Assembly: GCA_047495785.1 (NCBI GenBank)
Contig: JBLDXI010000054.1
Span: forward strand, 558,001-622,000
Length of the DNA stretch: 64,000 nt
DNA from: Lepidodermella squamata
Taxonomy: Eukaryota; Animalia; Gastrotricha
Reading direction: 5' to 3'
Each line of letters begins with the position of its first letter. Position 1 is the first letter of the stretch. The notes under the pieces are model-generated. The model ran no database searches and was not told the DNA's origin. It saw only the letters and a list, made by a program, of their open reading frames with translations. Shown piece after piece: positions 23,025-37,215 of the stretch. A program made the position numbers and the translations under genes.

Positions 23025-25737
23025 TCATGGGCGGATAATGTTGAAATCAGCGCAAAAATCGTAACATTTATTGTCTCGAATACAGCCGCATTTTCGTGCT
23101 TGAGAACGGTTTCAAAGTGACAATAAAAACCATTTGATGCATGATTCACTTACTATACTGGCATCTTGGCGGCTTGTATGGAGGGATGCAGGTGCACCGA
23201 TCCGGCCCCGTGCACGATCCGCCATTCATACACGGCTCGGTGCATATGGCTACAATTTTAACGATAATCCAATTAAAAATATCCGATTAGTGATTATATT
23301 TAACCTGTATCACAAGCTTCGCCTGTGTAACCAGGCTTGCATGTGCATTTGTAGTTCAAAATGTTCGTTAGCGAAGCGGTGCACGTATTCGGCTCGCAGT
23401 TGGGGGAGCAGGTTATTTCTGCGTGAAAAACAACGTCCATTGAGTGGAATTGGCGAATATTTACTCTTACGGCTTATCAGTTCGCATTGATCTCTGAGCT
23501 TCAAAAGTTGAACGTTATCCAGGGCTTCGCGGTGGAAGGAGAAGCAGGCCACATCAATTACGGCGGAGTAGAATGGACTGGCTAGTCTGAATATTATAAA
23601 ACTAATTGCCAAACTGATCCAGTTAATATTAAATTAGAAAGAAAAACAACATTACAAGCTCGTAATCTAGGGCTGTGCCTAATAACTTTAGTACTGTGAA
23701 TTTCTGGCCTGGGTCCTGCCTCCTGCCCTATGAACCTCAGTTTCCTCGCTAACTGGTGAGCTTGAGCTTTGAATAAGTGTAGAGATCTTATTTTAATCCT
23801 CCGAACTTCCAGGAAATCGGATTCCGGAATCCGGAATCCGGAATTATATTTTCATCGAAATAGAATGTATGGGATTACAGAAGTGAAATATTTTCTTTTC
23901 AGTTGCTTTCTTTGTTGCCTTACTTTCTGCCAAGGCTTATCTGTGTAGTGGTTACGACAGGCCGATCGCTTACACCTATGAAATAGGACTTGTCGCAAAA
24001 TACAATAGATGAATTCGTTGCACTGTTGTAAGCCAAAGCTACAAACTGCCATTCGGCTAAAGTGCAAGGTATCAAGACTCTCGGCGAAGATGCGAGGTAC
24101 CATTGCACATGAGTTGAATTAAGTTGCCAGGACCCTGCTCCGTTTAAGCTCGTATTTACGTATCCATACAACGCACAATTGCTCCTCGGGCACGATGATT
24201 TAATCCATAAAGCCATTGTCCATGAAGTAGTCACATCGAATGCAGCGCTGGAGAAGGCAATGAAACTTTCATTGCCCACCTTGTTGATCGATTTGGCGCC
24301 TGCCTCTGAGTTGCCGAATGGGCCACTAGCGTCGAAAAAAGTGCCATTGAATGATGCGGGTATGGGACCGTACTTTGAACCACTGACATCACGATCCGTC
24401 CAAAGACCGTTCAGCGGCCAGTATCCGACGATGTTAGGAAAATGATTCGCGATGTTGTTTCTAAGCTGTTCAACAATACTGACAGCGGCTGGGCTTGAAA
24501 CGGGGCCGGTTGCTGAGATAAGCTCGAGTTAACAAGAGGGTAAACTAGTCGTAAAGGCTTACAGTTTTGGCACGAGCTTCCAGTGTAGCCAGCTTTACAG
24601 GCGCATGAGTAGCCTTCGTTTTTAGTCACGTCACCAGTACATGTAGCTGGGTCACAATTAGCGGAACATGCGATAGCTGATAAAAATATAATCGTTAGAC
24701 TCAAGCTACCATGATGGCCCTGAGGGTAAAGAAATGAGGAGCTGAATTCACGCCCGAAATTTGGACAAAGCGGATAGAGTTTTTTTCAATTAAAGGGTGC
24801 TTACTGTTAATGAGCTGGCACTGATTTTTCAGAGTAACCAATTGCGATCCACTCAGTGCCGCTCTGTGATATGAAAAGCAGGCAACATTCAGCGTTGCGA
24901 AATTGACGTTGTTCTGGCTGAAAATAAATAATAGTTTATATATTTGAATTACTATACTAAGATGCAGTCAACAAATTGTAGCTATCTATGTAAGCGGGAT
25001 CAGCATTTCTCGGAAACTTAATCCGGAAGTGAAAAGATAAACTTCAAAAAGAAAGAAGTTTGCTGAATTGGGTATATTATCAAAGCTACGCGCTTAAGTA
25101 ATGAATACCGTTTTCCGACAGTGATCGTTGGCCCTGTCCAGGCAGCTGCATTACTAAAGCCGCCAATCAAGGTTTCGCCGCATGCCACAGTTGAAGAAAT
25201 CGTCTGAGAGTCGTACGAAAGTGCCATGAACTGCCAAACATTACTCAGAGGGCAAACGATGCGGACACTAGTCGGAATCGTGGCTAAGGCGTATGGATAA
25301 ACTATTACATCTGACGCGTTCAGCTGCCAAATTCCGGCTCCAGTGTCAGTGCCGGAAAAATACTCGAACAATGGGCAGTTTTTGGTGATGCAGCCCGATT
25401 TCATCCAAATGCCGATAGTCCACGAGTGGCTGCCGTCAAAAGCTGGACCACTAGTGAAATTCAGGTAGCTACTTCCATCGTAATTTTGGTTCAAGGCTTT
25501 AGCGCTTGCATTTGGCGAACCGAAAGGTCCAGGCGAATCATATATGATTCCATTGGGCGAAGCAGATATTCCGAATGAAGACCCACTGACATCACGCATG
25601 CCCCACAATCCATTTAAAGGCCAATAGCCGACGATATTTGGGGAGGCGATGTTGCCTCTGAGTTGCTGCACAACGGTAGATTGGGCAAACAATGCTTGGT
25701 ACAGACGTATGACAATGAATAATCTCAGCAGATTCAT
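23025..25737 (-). CDS. LamG-EGF copy C: signal peptide-LamG-EGF-LamG-EGF-EGF-Cys tail (8 exons)
   Basis: Exon 1 ORF 25018..25737; LamG2 exon ~23923-24512 reads in one frame; EGF exons at ~24563-24677, ~23310-23415 and ~23152-23250; last exon ARKCGCIRDNKCYDFCADFNIIRP*. Confidence 0.85.
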
Positions 25738-26719
25738 TTATTCTTCAAGTTCGAGATATTTTCTCATATGATTATGCGCCACAAAAGTGTCTTTATGCAG
25801 TATTATCAGCGGTTGGATTGTATTTAATTTATTCAGCTCTGCCCTACTTTCCTTCAACACTAAATAACGCTAGACGCTAGACGAATCGAATATCCCGCAT
25901 ATGACAGGAACGCAGACATAAAAAAACGACATCGCAACAAACTATTTTGGTTGGATCACTTTTTGCAAATTATTGGACTTTTTGCTTGTTTATCCTGGTA
26001 TGAATCAGTTAAAATCGAATTCTCTGTGCAATTTGGACGTCTAGTTCCGAGATGTTGTCTCTTATCGGTTTTCTTGGCTTCTGTATTAAATAATTCTGCA
26101 ATAATTCGTTTATTTAATGCGTCGCTTTTTCAGAATCTGTGTTCGATATTTGAACACAGCTGATACGGCGTGAGAAAGATCGAAGACGAGTTGCTATCGA
26201 GTCGTCAAAACAATCGCTAATTTCGCTATTTACATCGCAAGTCTGTTAATATGTTGGAGCGTGTGCTTACTCCAGGGATAAGACAAACCAAGGTTTTCGC
26301 CAAATCTCGCCAAGTTTGATGTATCTAAGCCCTAGGTATATAGTTATACCATATAATCCGGCACCAACATTCGATTTCTAGCAGGATGAGTTTTATTTTG
26401 ATGTGTTACTTGTCAATCAATATGGATAAGAATAGGGTATTTTGATCGAAATATTCCGCTCACGGCATATGCCAGCTTGGCCGGTATTCATATAAAAAGC
26501 TCTTGCTTTCTCACTTGAAAACTCTTTAAACGTTTATTTATAAGTAAATTATCAATAACATTCCTTTAGCGAGTGAAACAAGGCTTAATATGATACGAGA
26601 GAGCGGCAATGTACAATTATTCTACTAATATTCCACTGATAACTTATACATCAAAGGTCGGACAGGAGGCATTTCAAGCATTGAGTAAATGTTGGAGAAC
26701 TGGTGTGTTAGAAGAAATG

Positions 26720-29587
26720 TCATGGGCGTACAATGTTAAAATCAGCGCAGAAATCGTAGCATTTGTTGTCTCGGATACAGCCGCATTTTCGGGCTAAGCG
26801 GAACACAAGATGCGCTCATGAAAGCAGACGGCATTATAAAATTACCAAATTCGCACTTCGGCGGTTTGTAGGGCGGGACGCATGTGCATTTATTCGGGGC
26901 AGTGCAACTTCCACCATTCAAGCACAAGTCGGAGCATATTGCTGTAAAAAAGGAATATCATGCAATTAAAAATAACGCAAAATCGTGAAATTCAAACGGG
27001 TTTGGCAAGCATTGCCGGTGTAACCAGCTTTGCAGGTGCACGTGTAACCCGAGAGACTGGTCAGCGAAGCGGAGCAAGTATTCGGGGCGCAGTTGGTAGG
27101 GCACGTAATACCTTTAAATACACACATTTGTCAAAATGTGAGAGGTAAATCTCGGATTACTGTTGATGAGCTTGCATTGATCTCGCAGCGTAACGAGTTC
27201 GACATTGTCGAGTGTCTCCCTGAAAAACGAGAAACAAGCAACGCTGATTGCACCCGCGTAACCTCCAAATAGTCTGTTTTCGAAATGTGAGTGCCATATA
27301 TATAAATGCTATTCGAAAGCAGCTAATGACTTACCGCTTCCCTAATGCTATCATCGGAGTAGTCAGCGGCATCTCATTTGCGAATCCAACGAAGTACTTA
27401 TTAGTGCAGAAGATAATCGACGAAGTCGTAACATTGCTGTAAGCCAAAGCCAGAAACTGCCACGATGTTAGCGAGCAAGGCACCACCTTTGATGAATTTG
27501 CAGAACCATATGAGTAGCATTTTATGTGAGTAGCGTTGATTTGCCAACAACCTGATGCCGTCATGGCGAGGTGAGTGAACTCAAACAAAGGGCAATTCGT
27601 GCACGATGATTTGATCCATGCACTCATTGTCCATGAGAAACCTCCGCCGAATACGGTATTAGAGAAAGACACGTAGCTGGAATTGTCTTGTTGATTCAGG
27701 GCTTTTGCGCCAGCATTCGAGTCGCCGAACGGGCCAGCTACGTCGAATAAAGTTCCATTCTGTGTTGCGGCTATACCATATGTCGATCCACTGATATCGC
27801 GATTATTCCAGAGTCCGTTCAACGGCCAAAATCCGACAATGCTGGGGAAAGGTGTTGTGATGCTATTTCTGAGTTGTGCAACGATTGACAATGGGGCCGG
27901 AGTTACAGCAGTGGCTAGAATTACAATGCTTCATTTCGAGGCGTGGCGACGTATCGAAAATACTCACTTGTTTGGCATGTGCTACCTGTGTAGCCAACTT
28001 TACAGGTGCAGGTGTAGCCATCCGGGTTGGCCAAGTTGCCAGTACATGTCGACGCGACACAATTTGCGGAGCATGTTATATCTGATGGAACATTAGAATT
28101 TATTTGTGAGCTTCTAGATTCATTAACAAAAATGTTTGATCTCTGATAATTTAGTGCTTTTGGAGTAACTGCTTTTGTTACTAAGTATCGGATATTCTTA
28201 CCTAATATTCATTAAATTGAACAACCGATATTACCCCCACTTGCGTATCTAAGTTAAATTCTACAAACTTCAAACTTCAAACCTAACCCTAACCCTAACC
28301 CTAACCCTAACCTGAGCCCTAACCCCAGAAAAAGGTACGCAAGTGGGGGACACCCCCGATATTAAAATACTGGTTGATTGTTGATTCACATTGGGTAAAC
28401 TGGCTCAATCAGATATAATCGAAACAACAATTTAGCAGCTCTTTTAATATCCATTTGCCCATTTAGCGCCGGGCACTTGTAATCGGAAGACCCTACCCTG
28501 AAATAATCAAAAATACGGTAAAACTCACTGTTTATAACTTGACACTGCCATTTCAAGGTGATCAACTGCGCGCTGGTCAAAGCAGCTCGGTGATAGGAGA
28601 AACAGGCTACATTTGTATCCCCTGCGTGTGTCGGCGTGGAAGCTAAGCTGAAACAGGGAATGCAGTGAAGTTTTCGCTGACAAAAGCAAAGGGAATAGTT
28701 TAAGATTATCTAACGATAATCACATGCATATTTATTTCCAGGTCCGCCCGATGGTTTTCGTCCGCGGGCGGGCCTGGATTTGTCCCACATACATCTTATC
28801 TCATGTCCATCTCGACCCTACTAACATTTGTTTCGATATTCAACAGACATGCGCAAATGTCACTATTGAGGGGACTATAATATCATAACAGGAAATTTAC
28901 TGCGTTTTCCAGTTATGAAATAGAGGGATCGTTAATCATGAGGGATGAAACCAACCGCTTTGCGAGAGTAATTCTGGTGCCTGTCACAGCTGCAGTCGTA
29001 CTGAAGCCGCTGAGAATGTTCTCATCACAGGCCACCATAGCTGCCTTCTTCGACGAATCATAGGAGATCGCTAGAAATTGCCATACATTGCTTATAGGAC
29101 AAATCAACTTTACTGTGAAGGGCGGATTGTTGGACATAGAGAGAAGGCTCGGATAAACCTGCATAACAGTCTCGTTCAGCTGCCAGATCCCAGCTCCGCC
29201 GGTGCTGGTAGTCGTTGAGTACTCGAACAATATACAATTTTTCGTACGGCAACCGGACTTTATCCATAAGCCCATCGTCCAAGAGTGATTTCCGTCAAAC
29301 GCTGATGAGTTGAAGAGCAGGTAGCTGCTACCATCTATCTGATTTAGAAGTTTCGAACTCGTTAAGCCAAATGGCCCCGGTGCGTTAGGTATTGTTCCAT
29401 TCGGAGTAGCGGCTATACCATAAGTCGACCCGCTAACATCGCGCATGTCCCACAGAGCGTTCAAGGGCCAATAGCCGACAATATTCCATGAGGCGATATT
29501 ATTTCTGAGTTGCTGAACAGCTGGAATACCTTGAGCTGAGCATGTTCCGAGCAGAGAAATTATAATGAAAATGCCGATTCTAATCAT
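26720..29587 (-). CDS. LamG-EGF copy D, two LamG domains (8 exons)
   Basis: MIRIGIFIIISLLGTCSAQG signal peptide; LamG ORFs 28913..29587 and 27331..27891; EGF exons; conserved last exon. Confidence 0.85.
28234..28355. mobile_element. Small intronic MITE-like insertion containing (CCCTAA)n
   Basis: IR CCCCCACTTGCGTA/TACGCAAGTGGGGG; flanking direct repeat CCGATATTA (28225-28233, 28356-28364); ~5 CCCTAA units at 28282-28312; absent from the paralogous intron at ~11636. Confidence 0.7.
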
Positions 29588-32500
29588 CTTATTTCGATAA
29601 TTGTGTTCGTTCACTAGTTTACGCCGGCTTTTTATAGCAAAAACAACAATCGCCATTCCTGGGTTAACATTATTTCGATTTTTTACAACCTTTGTAATAA
29701 AAGAATCTGCTGTGCACAGGCCTAATCCCAATTTGCCGGCACAAAAACGTGTTGCTACCGAGTCGTCAAAACAGGAGGAATGCTGATTTGATTTTAAAGG
29801 AGGAATTCAGCATGTATTGTGAGTTACAAGCAGCGCGTCTAGGTGCTGCAACTACAATGCATTCATTAAAGCTTACATTCAATCTTGGTTGGGATTGACT
29901 GACTTCTAGCAACACATCAGATGCATTATAAATAACGATGGTTGCAACTTTTCCTTTTGTACGATACGTACTTGCACCATGTTCGTCTTAGGCGGCTTGT
30001 GTGAAATTTTTATTTTCAATAATTCATGGTGTGCATTGGTTGCATACATCTCCTAAATTATTCTGCATGAATCAAATGAAGCGGCAATAACGTATCTATC
30101 TGGAAACCAGCTAAGAAAATCAATTTCAGAGTCAAAGCAAAAGGAACAAAATCAGTATTAGGGATCAGCCATATTTAACTGATTTAATTGCCTATTCCCA
30201 GGCACGGCGAAGTTGGGTCCACTAAGAAAATAGCTGCGGTAATGCCATTGTTCAAAGAGAGTTCGAAAGACCTCGTCAAGAACTATTTTTCAGTTTTTTG
30301 TTGAGTATTGATAATGACACATTCTATGCGGTACAACTACGATTAATCGATTGAGGAAAGTTCACTAATAATAATAAATTTATTCCAGTAGCAAGTAAGA
30401 ATCCGCGGTTAATATGCTACGAGAGAGCTAAGTGATCCGACTCGGTCCAGCTCTCGGGAGGCAAATGGAGCCATTTTAGCCCTAAAATTGCAAATCAACA
30501 GGAGAACTTTCGAAATTTTTCGGGGTGCAGAAAGGTTTTTTTAACCCCAGGCTCAAGTCTCTGGGGCGACTATATTCATATTATACATCAGAGATCGAAA
30601 ATAATCATTATCACGTATTGAGTATATATCAGAGGACTAGTTTTGAAGGGAATATCACGGGCGTATGATATTGAAATCGGCGCAAAAATCGTAGCATTTG
30701 TTGTCGCGAAGACAGCCGCATTTTCGGGCTGGTCGGAAAACAAGATATGTAGGTGTATACAAAAATAGGTGGTATGATCAACTTACCGAATTCGCACCTC
30801 GGTTGCCTGTAGGGCGGGACACAAGTGCATTTATTCGGAGCAGTGCAGCTTCCACCATTCAAGCACGAGTCGGAACATATTGCTAGAAATCACGGGGAAT
30901 TATTCTATAACAAATTACAGAAAAACGGGATATTCATACGGGTTTGGCAAGCATCGCCCGTGTAACCGGCTTTGCAGGTGCACGTGTAACCCGAGAGACT
31001 GGTCAGCGAACCGGAGCAACTATTCGGGGCGCAGTTGGCAGGGCAGGAAATACCTTTATAATTCATACGTTTAAATGAATTTCGAGAATTGAATTTTCTG
31101 ATTACTGTTGATGAGCTTGCATTGATCTCGCAGCGTAACGAGTTCGACATTGTCGAGTGTCTCCCTGAAAAACGAGAAACAAGCAACGCTCGCTGATGCG
31201 CCGGCGTTATTAGATATCATTTGGCTATTAATGAAATGTTATACTTAATGCTATTCGAAAGCAGCTAATGACTTACCGCTTTCCTAATGCTATCGGCAAA
31301 GTGGTAAGCGGGGTCTCATCCGCGAATCCAACGAAGTACTTATCAGTGCAGAAGATAATCGACGAATTCGTAGCATCGCTATAAGCCAATGCCAAAAACT
31401 GCCACGTTGTTACTGAGCAAGGCACTTTCATTGCTGATGCCGAACTGCCTTTTGCGTAGCATTTTATGTGAGTTGAATTGATTTTCCAACAACCTGATCC
31501 TGTGAGGAAATTGTTGCTGAACTCAAACAGAGGGCAATTCGTGCACGACGATTTGATCCATACACCCATTGTCCACGAGGAACTTGAGATGAATGCGCCG
31601 TGGTTGAAGTAGACGTAGCTGGAATTGTCTAGTTGATTCAGGGCTTTGGCACCAGCATTTGAGTCGCCAAATGGGCCGGCTACGTCGAATAAAGTTCCGT
31701 TTAGCGTTGCGGCTATACCGAATGTTGATCCACTCACGTCGCGATTATTCCAGAGTCCGTTCAACGGCCAAAATCCGACAATGCTGGGGAAAGGTGTTGT
31801 AATGCTATTTCTTAGCTGTGCAACGATTGACAATGGGGCCGGAATTACAGCACTGGCTGGAATTACAGAGCTTCATTGAATGGCTCGGCGTAACAAAATT
31901 ACTCACTTATTTGGCATGTGCTACCTGTGTAGCCAACTTTACAGGTGCAGGTGTAGCCATCCGGGTTGGCCAAGTTGCCAGTACATGTTGACGCGACACA
32001 ATTTGCGGAGCATGTAATATCTGATGAAACATTATAATTTATTCGTGAGCTTCTAGATTAGAGGCTACGTTCGGATATCTCCATCTTAAACTGACCAACT
32101 GATAATAATTTACAGGGTGGGGCGTATTAGGTAAATTGGCTTATTTATATAATATAAAAGCAACTGAACTGATTAAGCTGCTCTAAAATGGCCGTTTGAT
32201 GTTTTGGCTCTTGTAACCGGAAGGTCATCCTGGAGGTATTGAAAGAAGCGAAAAAAAATCACTGTTTATAACTTGACATTGCCATTTCAAGGTGATCAAC
32301 TGCGCGCTGGTCAAAGCAGCTCGGTGATAGGAAAAGCAGGCGACACTTGTATCCGCGGCATATGCCATGGTACCAATTATGCTGAAACAGAGAATGCAGT
32401 GAAGTATTCACAAAAAATGGCAAACGGAATTGTTCAAGAATTGTTAGGAAGACTAAAATTGAATTGGAAAATCCTGAAATAGGCTGCGATTTCGGATTAT

Positions 32501-33673
32501 TAAAAAGGGGGAACATTAATCACGGGGTTAATAAAACCAACCGCTTTGCGAGAGTAATTCTCGTGCCTGTTGTAGCTGCAACCGTGCTGAAGCCGCTCAC
32601 TATGTTCTCATCACAGGCCACAATAGATGCGTTTTTCGACGAATCGTAGGAGATCGCCAGGAACTGCCATACATTGCTTAAAGGACAAATCAACTTGACG
32701 GTCTTGGGCGCAGAGCTGAGCATTGCGTTAGCGCCCGGATAAACATGCATAGCAGTCTCGTTCAACTGCCAGATCCCTGCTCCGCCAAGGTTCAAAGTAG
32801 TTGAATAATCAAATACTGGGCAGTCTTTCGAACGGCAACCGGACTTTATCCATATGCCCATCGTCCAAGAGTGATTCCCGTCAAACGCTGATCCGTTGAA
32901 GCGCACATAACTGCTACCATCTAACTGATTCAGAAGTTTCGAGCTTGTCAAACCAAACGGCCCCGGTGCGTTAGGTATTGTTCCATTCGGGGTAGCAGGT
33001 ATTCCGTAAGTCGACCCGCTAACATCGCGCATGTCCCACAGTGCATTCAAGGGCCAATAGCCAACGATGTTAGGTGCGGCGATATTATTTCTAAGTTGCT
33101 GCACAGCAGAGATACCTTGAGCTGCCCTAGGGATCAAATCTTGGCAAGATCTTAGCTGAACTTGCCAAGATCCATCAAAGATCCGTGCACGATCTTGCAC
33201 AGATTTGCAAAGATTTGGGTTCAAAGATCTTAGCAGTTAATTAATTAAGATCTTTGGTGTTATTGAAAGATCATTCAAAGATGACACTAAGAACTGCTCA
33301 GATTTCTAGAATCTTTCATGTTTTTAAATAATTCTTGTTCTCATCTTTCGAAATCTTGGGTCGAAATTTTTACTGGCGCCCACGGAACCGCACCCGAATG
33401 TACGCACCCAGGTATAAAACACGACGAGAATGTCAGAGTTGCCAACTTTATTACCGAAGAAAATCGTTTTTCGGTATAAAAAACACGCCAAGCACGACCT
33501 TAATATTATCACACCTAATTCCAGTGATTGTCTCGAAATCAATATAAAACGCAAACATTTTCTGATAAAAATCGCGCAAACACACGCGCAACCAGCACAC
33601 ACGGACACAGAAATAATGAAGATGATGACGATGATGATAACAATAAAAACAACGAAATAATAATAATAATAGT

Positions 33674-35079
33674 TCATGGGTTTTCTTCTAAATAACGAAT
33701 AGCAGTCTCAATGACGCTATCTCCGCCATCCTCCAGTGAACTCTCAGCTGGATCGGCACCGTCGGCGCGGGCCGAAGTTCGGTCGGCGGCGGCAGCAGCA
33801 ATGCGAGCCGCGCGAAGGCGACGGCGGCGGTGTTCATCGTTGCCCCACTGATTGACAGCAGCACGGGCGCGATCGAAGCGCATCACGTCATCGCCAAAGA
33901 GCGCTCGAAAAGTAACTGTTCAAAAAGAAGCATTTTTTAAAAAATCAGCGGATAAAAAACACGAAAACTTACTTCTAAAGAATTCCAGCTCTTCGTGAGC
34001 ATTGGAATCGTCGATAGGCGTTCGTTTCGACTTTTCGGCAGAGACCGGCTCGATGATACTGTTTGACAGCCTTGTATCGCCGAATAGACCGCGAAACGTG
34101 AAGATAGCCCATTTGTTCGGGCCGCGAGAACGAGCGCGACAGTTGGCGTAGTCGAAGCCATCCCAAACGGCAGGCTGACTCGGGCCGGCTGCGGTGAGTT
34201 CTTGCTTCTTCGTCAGCAGGGCGACTGCTTGAAGGATCTAAATAAATGAAAATTAGAAAATTATTTAGTCAGGGAACAAATTAAAATAAAAAAAATATTC
34301 GCAAAAAAAAAATTAAAATAAAATTAAATTAAAATAAAAACACCCACCTGTTTTAATTGCTTTGCCATTGAAGCTTCAGAAGCAGCAGTTTGCGGCGTGA
34401 TATTGTCGATTGATTGCTGTGGCGTAGTCTCAACGATTGACGACTTGTCAGTTGTCGGCGCCTGCGGGTAGACAGCAGCGCCGCCGGTTGACAGAGACTT
34501 AATTCGCGGTGTTGCACCAGGTTGAGAATGCGACGGTGCCGGACGATGAGAAGCGGGCGTATTCGGCGGCGGGCGATGAGATGCGGGTGTATTCGGCGGC
34601 TGTGACGACGACAAACAAATGGCGGCAGTTTTAGACGATTTCGTCGGCGGAGCGAAAGGCGGTTCAGGCCGGATGAATTCAGAAGGCGCTTTCTTGCGAA
34701 TGACGGTTACTTCATCATCATCTTCGGCAGTGTAACCAGGGCCAAAAGCACAGTGCTTGGGCGGAGAGGTGTGCGATCGCTTGGTAGGGGCGCGGCGAGG
34801 CGAGGCTTGAGGTGAAGCTTGAGGTGAGGCTCGAGGCGATTGGCGCGGCTTGTCGACTCGGCGTAAAGCGATCAGTGCTTTTCGACTGGCTAAGCACTCT
34901 GCTTCAGTATTGGCGACGAGCAGCACGTCGGCTTCGCATTCGCCGTTGCGATCGTCGTAGTAGATGCTGATGCGACGGTTGACCGCAATGTCGGCGGCGT
35001 CAACTTTTTCCAACTCGGACGCTTCGGCGTCGTAGATGCTAAAGCTGCGGTCGCTAACCCACGACACTAGAATGAACAT
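33674..35079 (-). CDS. EnSpm accessory protein with Pro/Ser-rich linker and probable C-terminal BEN-like domain (3 exons)
   Basis: Spliced translation ...PNKWAIFTFRGLFGDTRLSNS...KRTPIDD...FRITFRALFGDDVMRFDRARAAVNQWGNDEHRR fits the BEN pattern by eye; exons ~35079-34348, 34237-33973, 33915-33674. Confidence 0.65.
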
Positions 35080-36062
35080 GGTGATATTCAGAACTAAATT
35101 TAGAGTTAAATGATGAATTTACCTGCGACGAGCGTGTTTATAAACATATTTCTGGCCAATCACGGCCAATTCTTGGCGATGAGCTGCTGTCCCTCAGGTT
35201 TCCACAAGGGCTACGATGACACGGCAAGATAGCCGGCTGTCACGCGGCAACGCCTTTTAGGTTGCAGTCGAGTTGTTTTGGTTGACGGGAACGGCTACCA
35301 CAAGATAAGCACACGATCAAGCAACCGCCTGTGGTTGCACGCAAGTCTCGCCCGCGCACGCAAATGGAGGCGCGATAATAGATGCGCACCTGATGATAAA
35401 TAAACAAACAGAAAACGACCTATCGAGAAAATTCAACGACAAATTAATAGCAATGTAGAAAATCGTGATGAAAATCCACCTTGTTAAGGCCAAACCACAT
35501 GTTTTGATAAGTTTAAATTAAACAAGTCGACAAGTCGTATAGTGTAGTATAGTGTAAGTATGATATTATACTATGCGTACTATGCGTACTAGCGCGCACA
35601 TGTCACTTTCTGAGCGCGCGCTCGTCATCGTCTACTGCTCATCTTCGTAATAATTCGCTCGATGCGGACACACAATGGAGCCTTATCTTACGATATTGTG
35701 AGTTGCGAGGCGCTATTATTTATCGCTATTTTATTATTATGAAGGCAGGCTATTATTATTGCTATAAAACTTCCGCGTCCCGCTGTCAATAATTATGAGT
35801 AATTATTAGGCTATACTATGCTTTATACGGCGAACGAATTTCTGCTCATCGATAATCTATTTTAACATTTTGTTGCCTGCCGAGAATGCAGTTCTCGTTA
35901 TAACGCGCCCAGTTATTATAACGCGCCCAGTTATAACGCGCCGTTAACGCCGCTCTTATTATTATTTCGACACGTGCGTTGCGTTTAATGAAATTATTGC
36001 TAATATTTGAATGTTGAGTTATTTATTTTTGTAGTAAAAATTAAGGTTACAAGTTATATAAA

Positions 36063-36559
36063 ATGAAGAACGCCGCTTCATCATCATCATCATCAACAGC
36101 GCCGCACTGCGCGCTTACACCAGCTGCGCCACGGCGAAAGTGCGACATAATGGAACGCAAGAATAAGCCGCCGCCCGCTCGCAACTCTAAAACGCCCCGG
36201 AGGCCGAGAATCGTCCCGGACAGACAACGGACACCTGATAAGATGAAAAAAGAGGTTAGCTATTAATTTTTATCAATTCTTCTTAATTTAATTTTTATTG
36301 TACTAACAAATAATTGTTTTTACTGTTTCAGGAGGCGCATGAACGAATTCATCCGGCCACGCCTAAAACTGACGGCGAAATAGCCGAGCTTTATGACACT
36401 GAACCGCGCTTCCTCTTCCTTAATCGCTACCGCCTGGCTCCCGGTGACGTCAATAGCGCCTTTGCTGTGCAAGAGCGGCGCACGTTTTGGCGTCTGTACC
36501 TATCTAAAATGGGCAAAATTCCAAAACCCAAGGCAGCAATCCGCCTATTTCGCAAATAA
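36063..36559 (+). CDS. Small basic two-exon protein of unknown function inside the EnSpm element
   Basis: ORFs 36063.. and ..36559 join via GAG|gttag...ttcag|GAG; GC-rich exons in AT-rich context. Confidence 0.5.
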
Positions 36560-36875
36560 ACGTTTCTCATGTGTTATAATTTCTGCTTTCCTGTTTTCGA
36601 TTTGCTTGATCCGATGTGTATTCAATTAATTGTTTTTCACGGCGCCTTTCACTCCATCAAATAAAAAAGTGAATCGCAAAAATTTCAGTTTTTAATTTGA
36701 ACTTCATCTACTGAAATTTTGCCGTGCCATATGGTCAGAAAAGCAGATAATTAGAAAGCAGTTTTAGCAGATCATAAAATTATTGCTAATAATCAGTGTG
36801 AGGCGGCGTTCTCGAAGGCGGCGAAAAAATTGGAATCTGAAAAATTAGATAATAGAAATAGAATAATAGGTACTA

Positions 36876-37134
36876 CCGTATTTTATCGAATAATAGCCAT
36901 GCCGATTAATTTTGTACGAACTTGATAAGTAGTGAAAAAAATCGGGCAATTTTTGAAGGGGGCTTTTCTTTGAGTATAAATAATCACACACATATAAGAT
37001 TATAAGAGCTACGAGATGCTTTTCCAGGCTTCAACTTGCTTTTGAATCACGTGACTATTAGTCGAGACTGCTATTATTAACCTTAGGACCTTTAGGCTAT
37101 TATTCTAGCGTGTTATTATTTCGATAAAATACGG
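36876..37134. mobile_element. Tc1/mariner-pogo-type MITE nested in the EnSpm element
   Basis: TA|CCGTATTTTATCGAA...TTCGATAAAATACGG|TA. Confidence 0.8.
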
Positions 37135-37215
37135 TAATAATCATAACAATATAAAACATCTCCGTTGGTAATCGCAAGTTTCGCCCAGCTATTAGTTAAA
37201 TTCCTATGTGAATAT

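Noticed and set aside
33125-33224. N-terminus of ORF 32520..33224 (MNPNLCK...)
   Set aside because: It derives from the EnSpm terminus; the true signal peptide is at 40688-40741.
33324-33677. Hydrophobic ORF 33324..33677 as a membrane protein
   Set aside because: Low-complexity AT/trinucleotide-rich sequence downstream of the accessory gene; probably 3'UTR.
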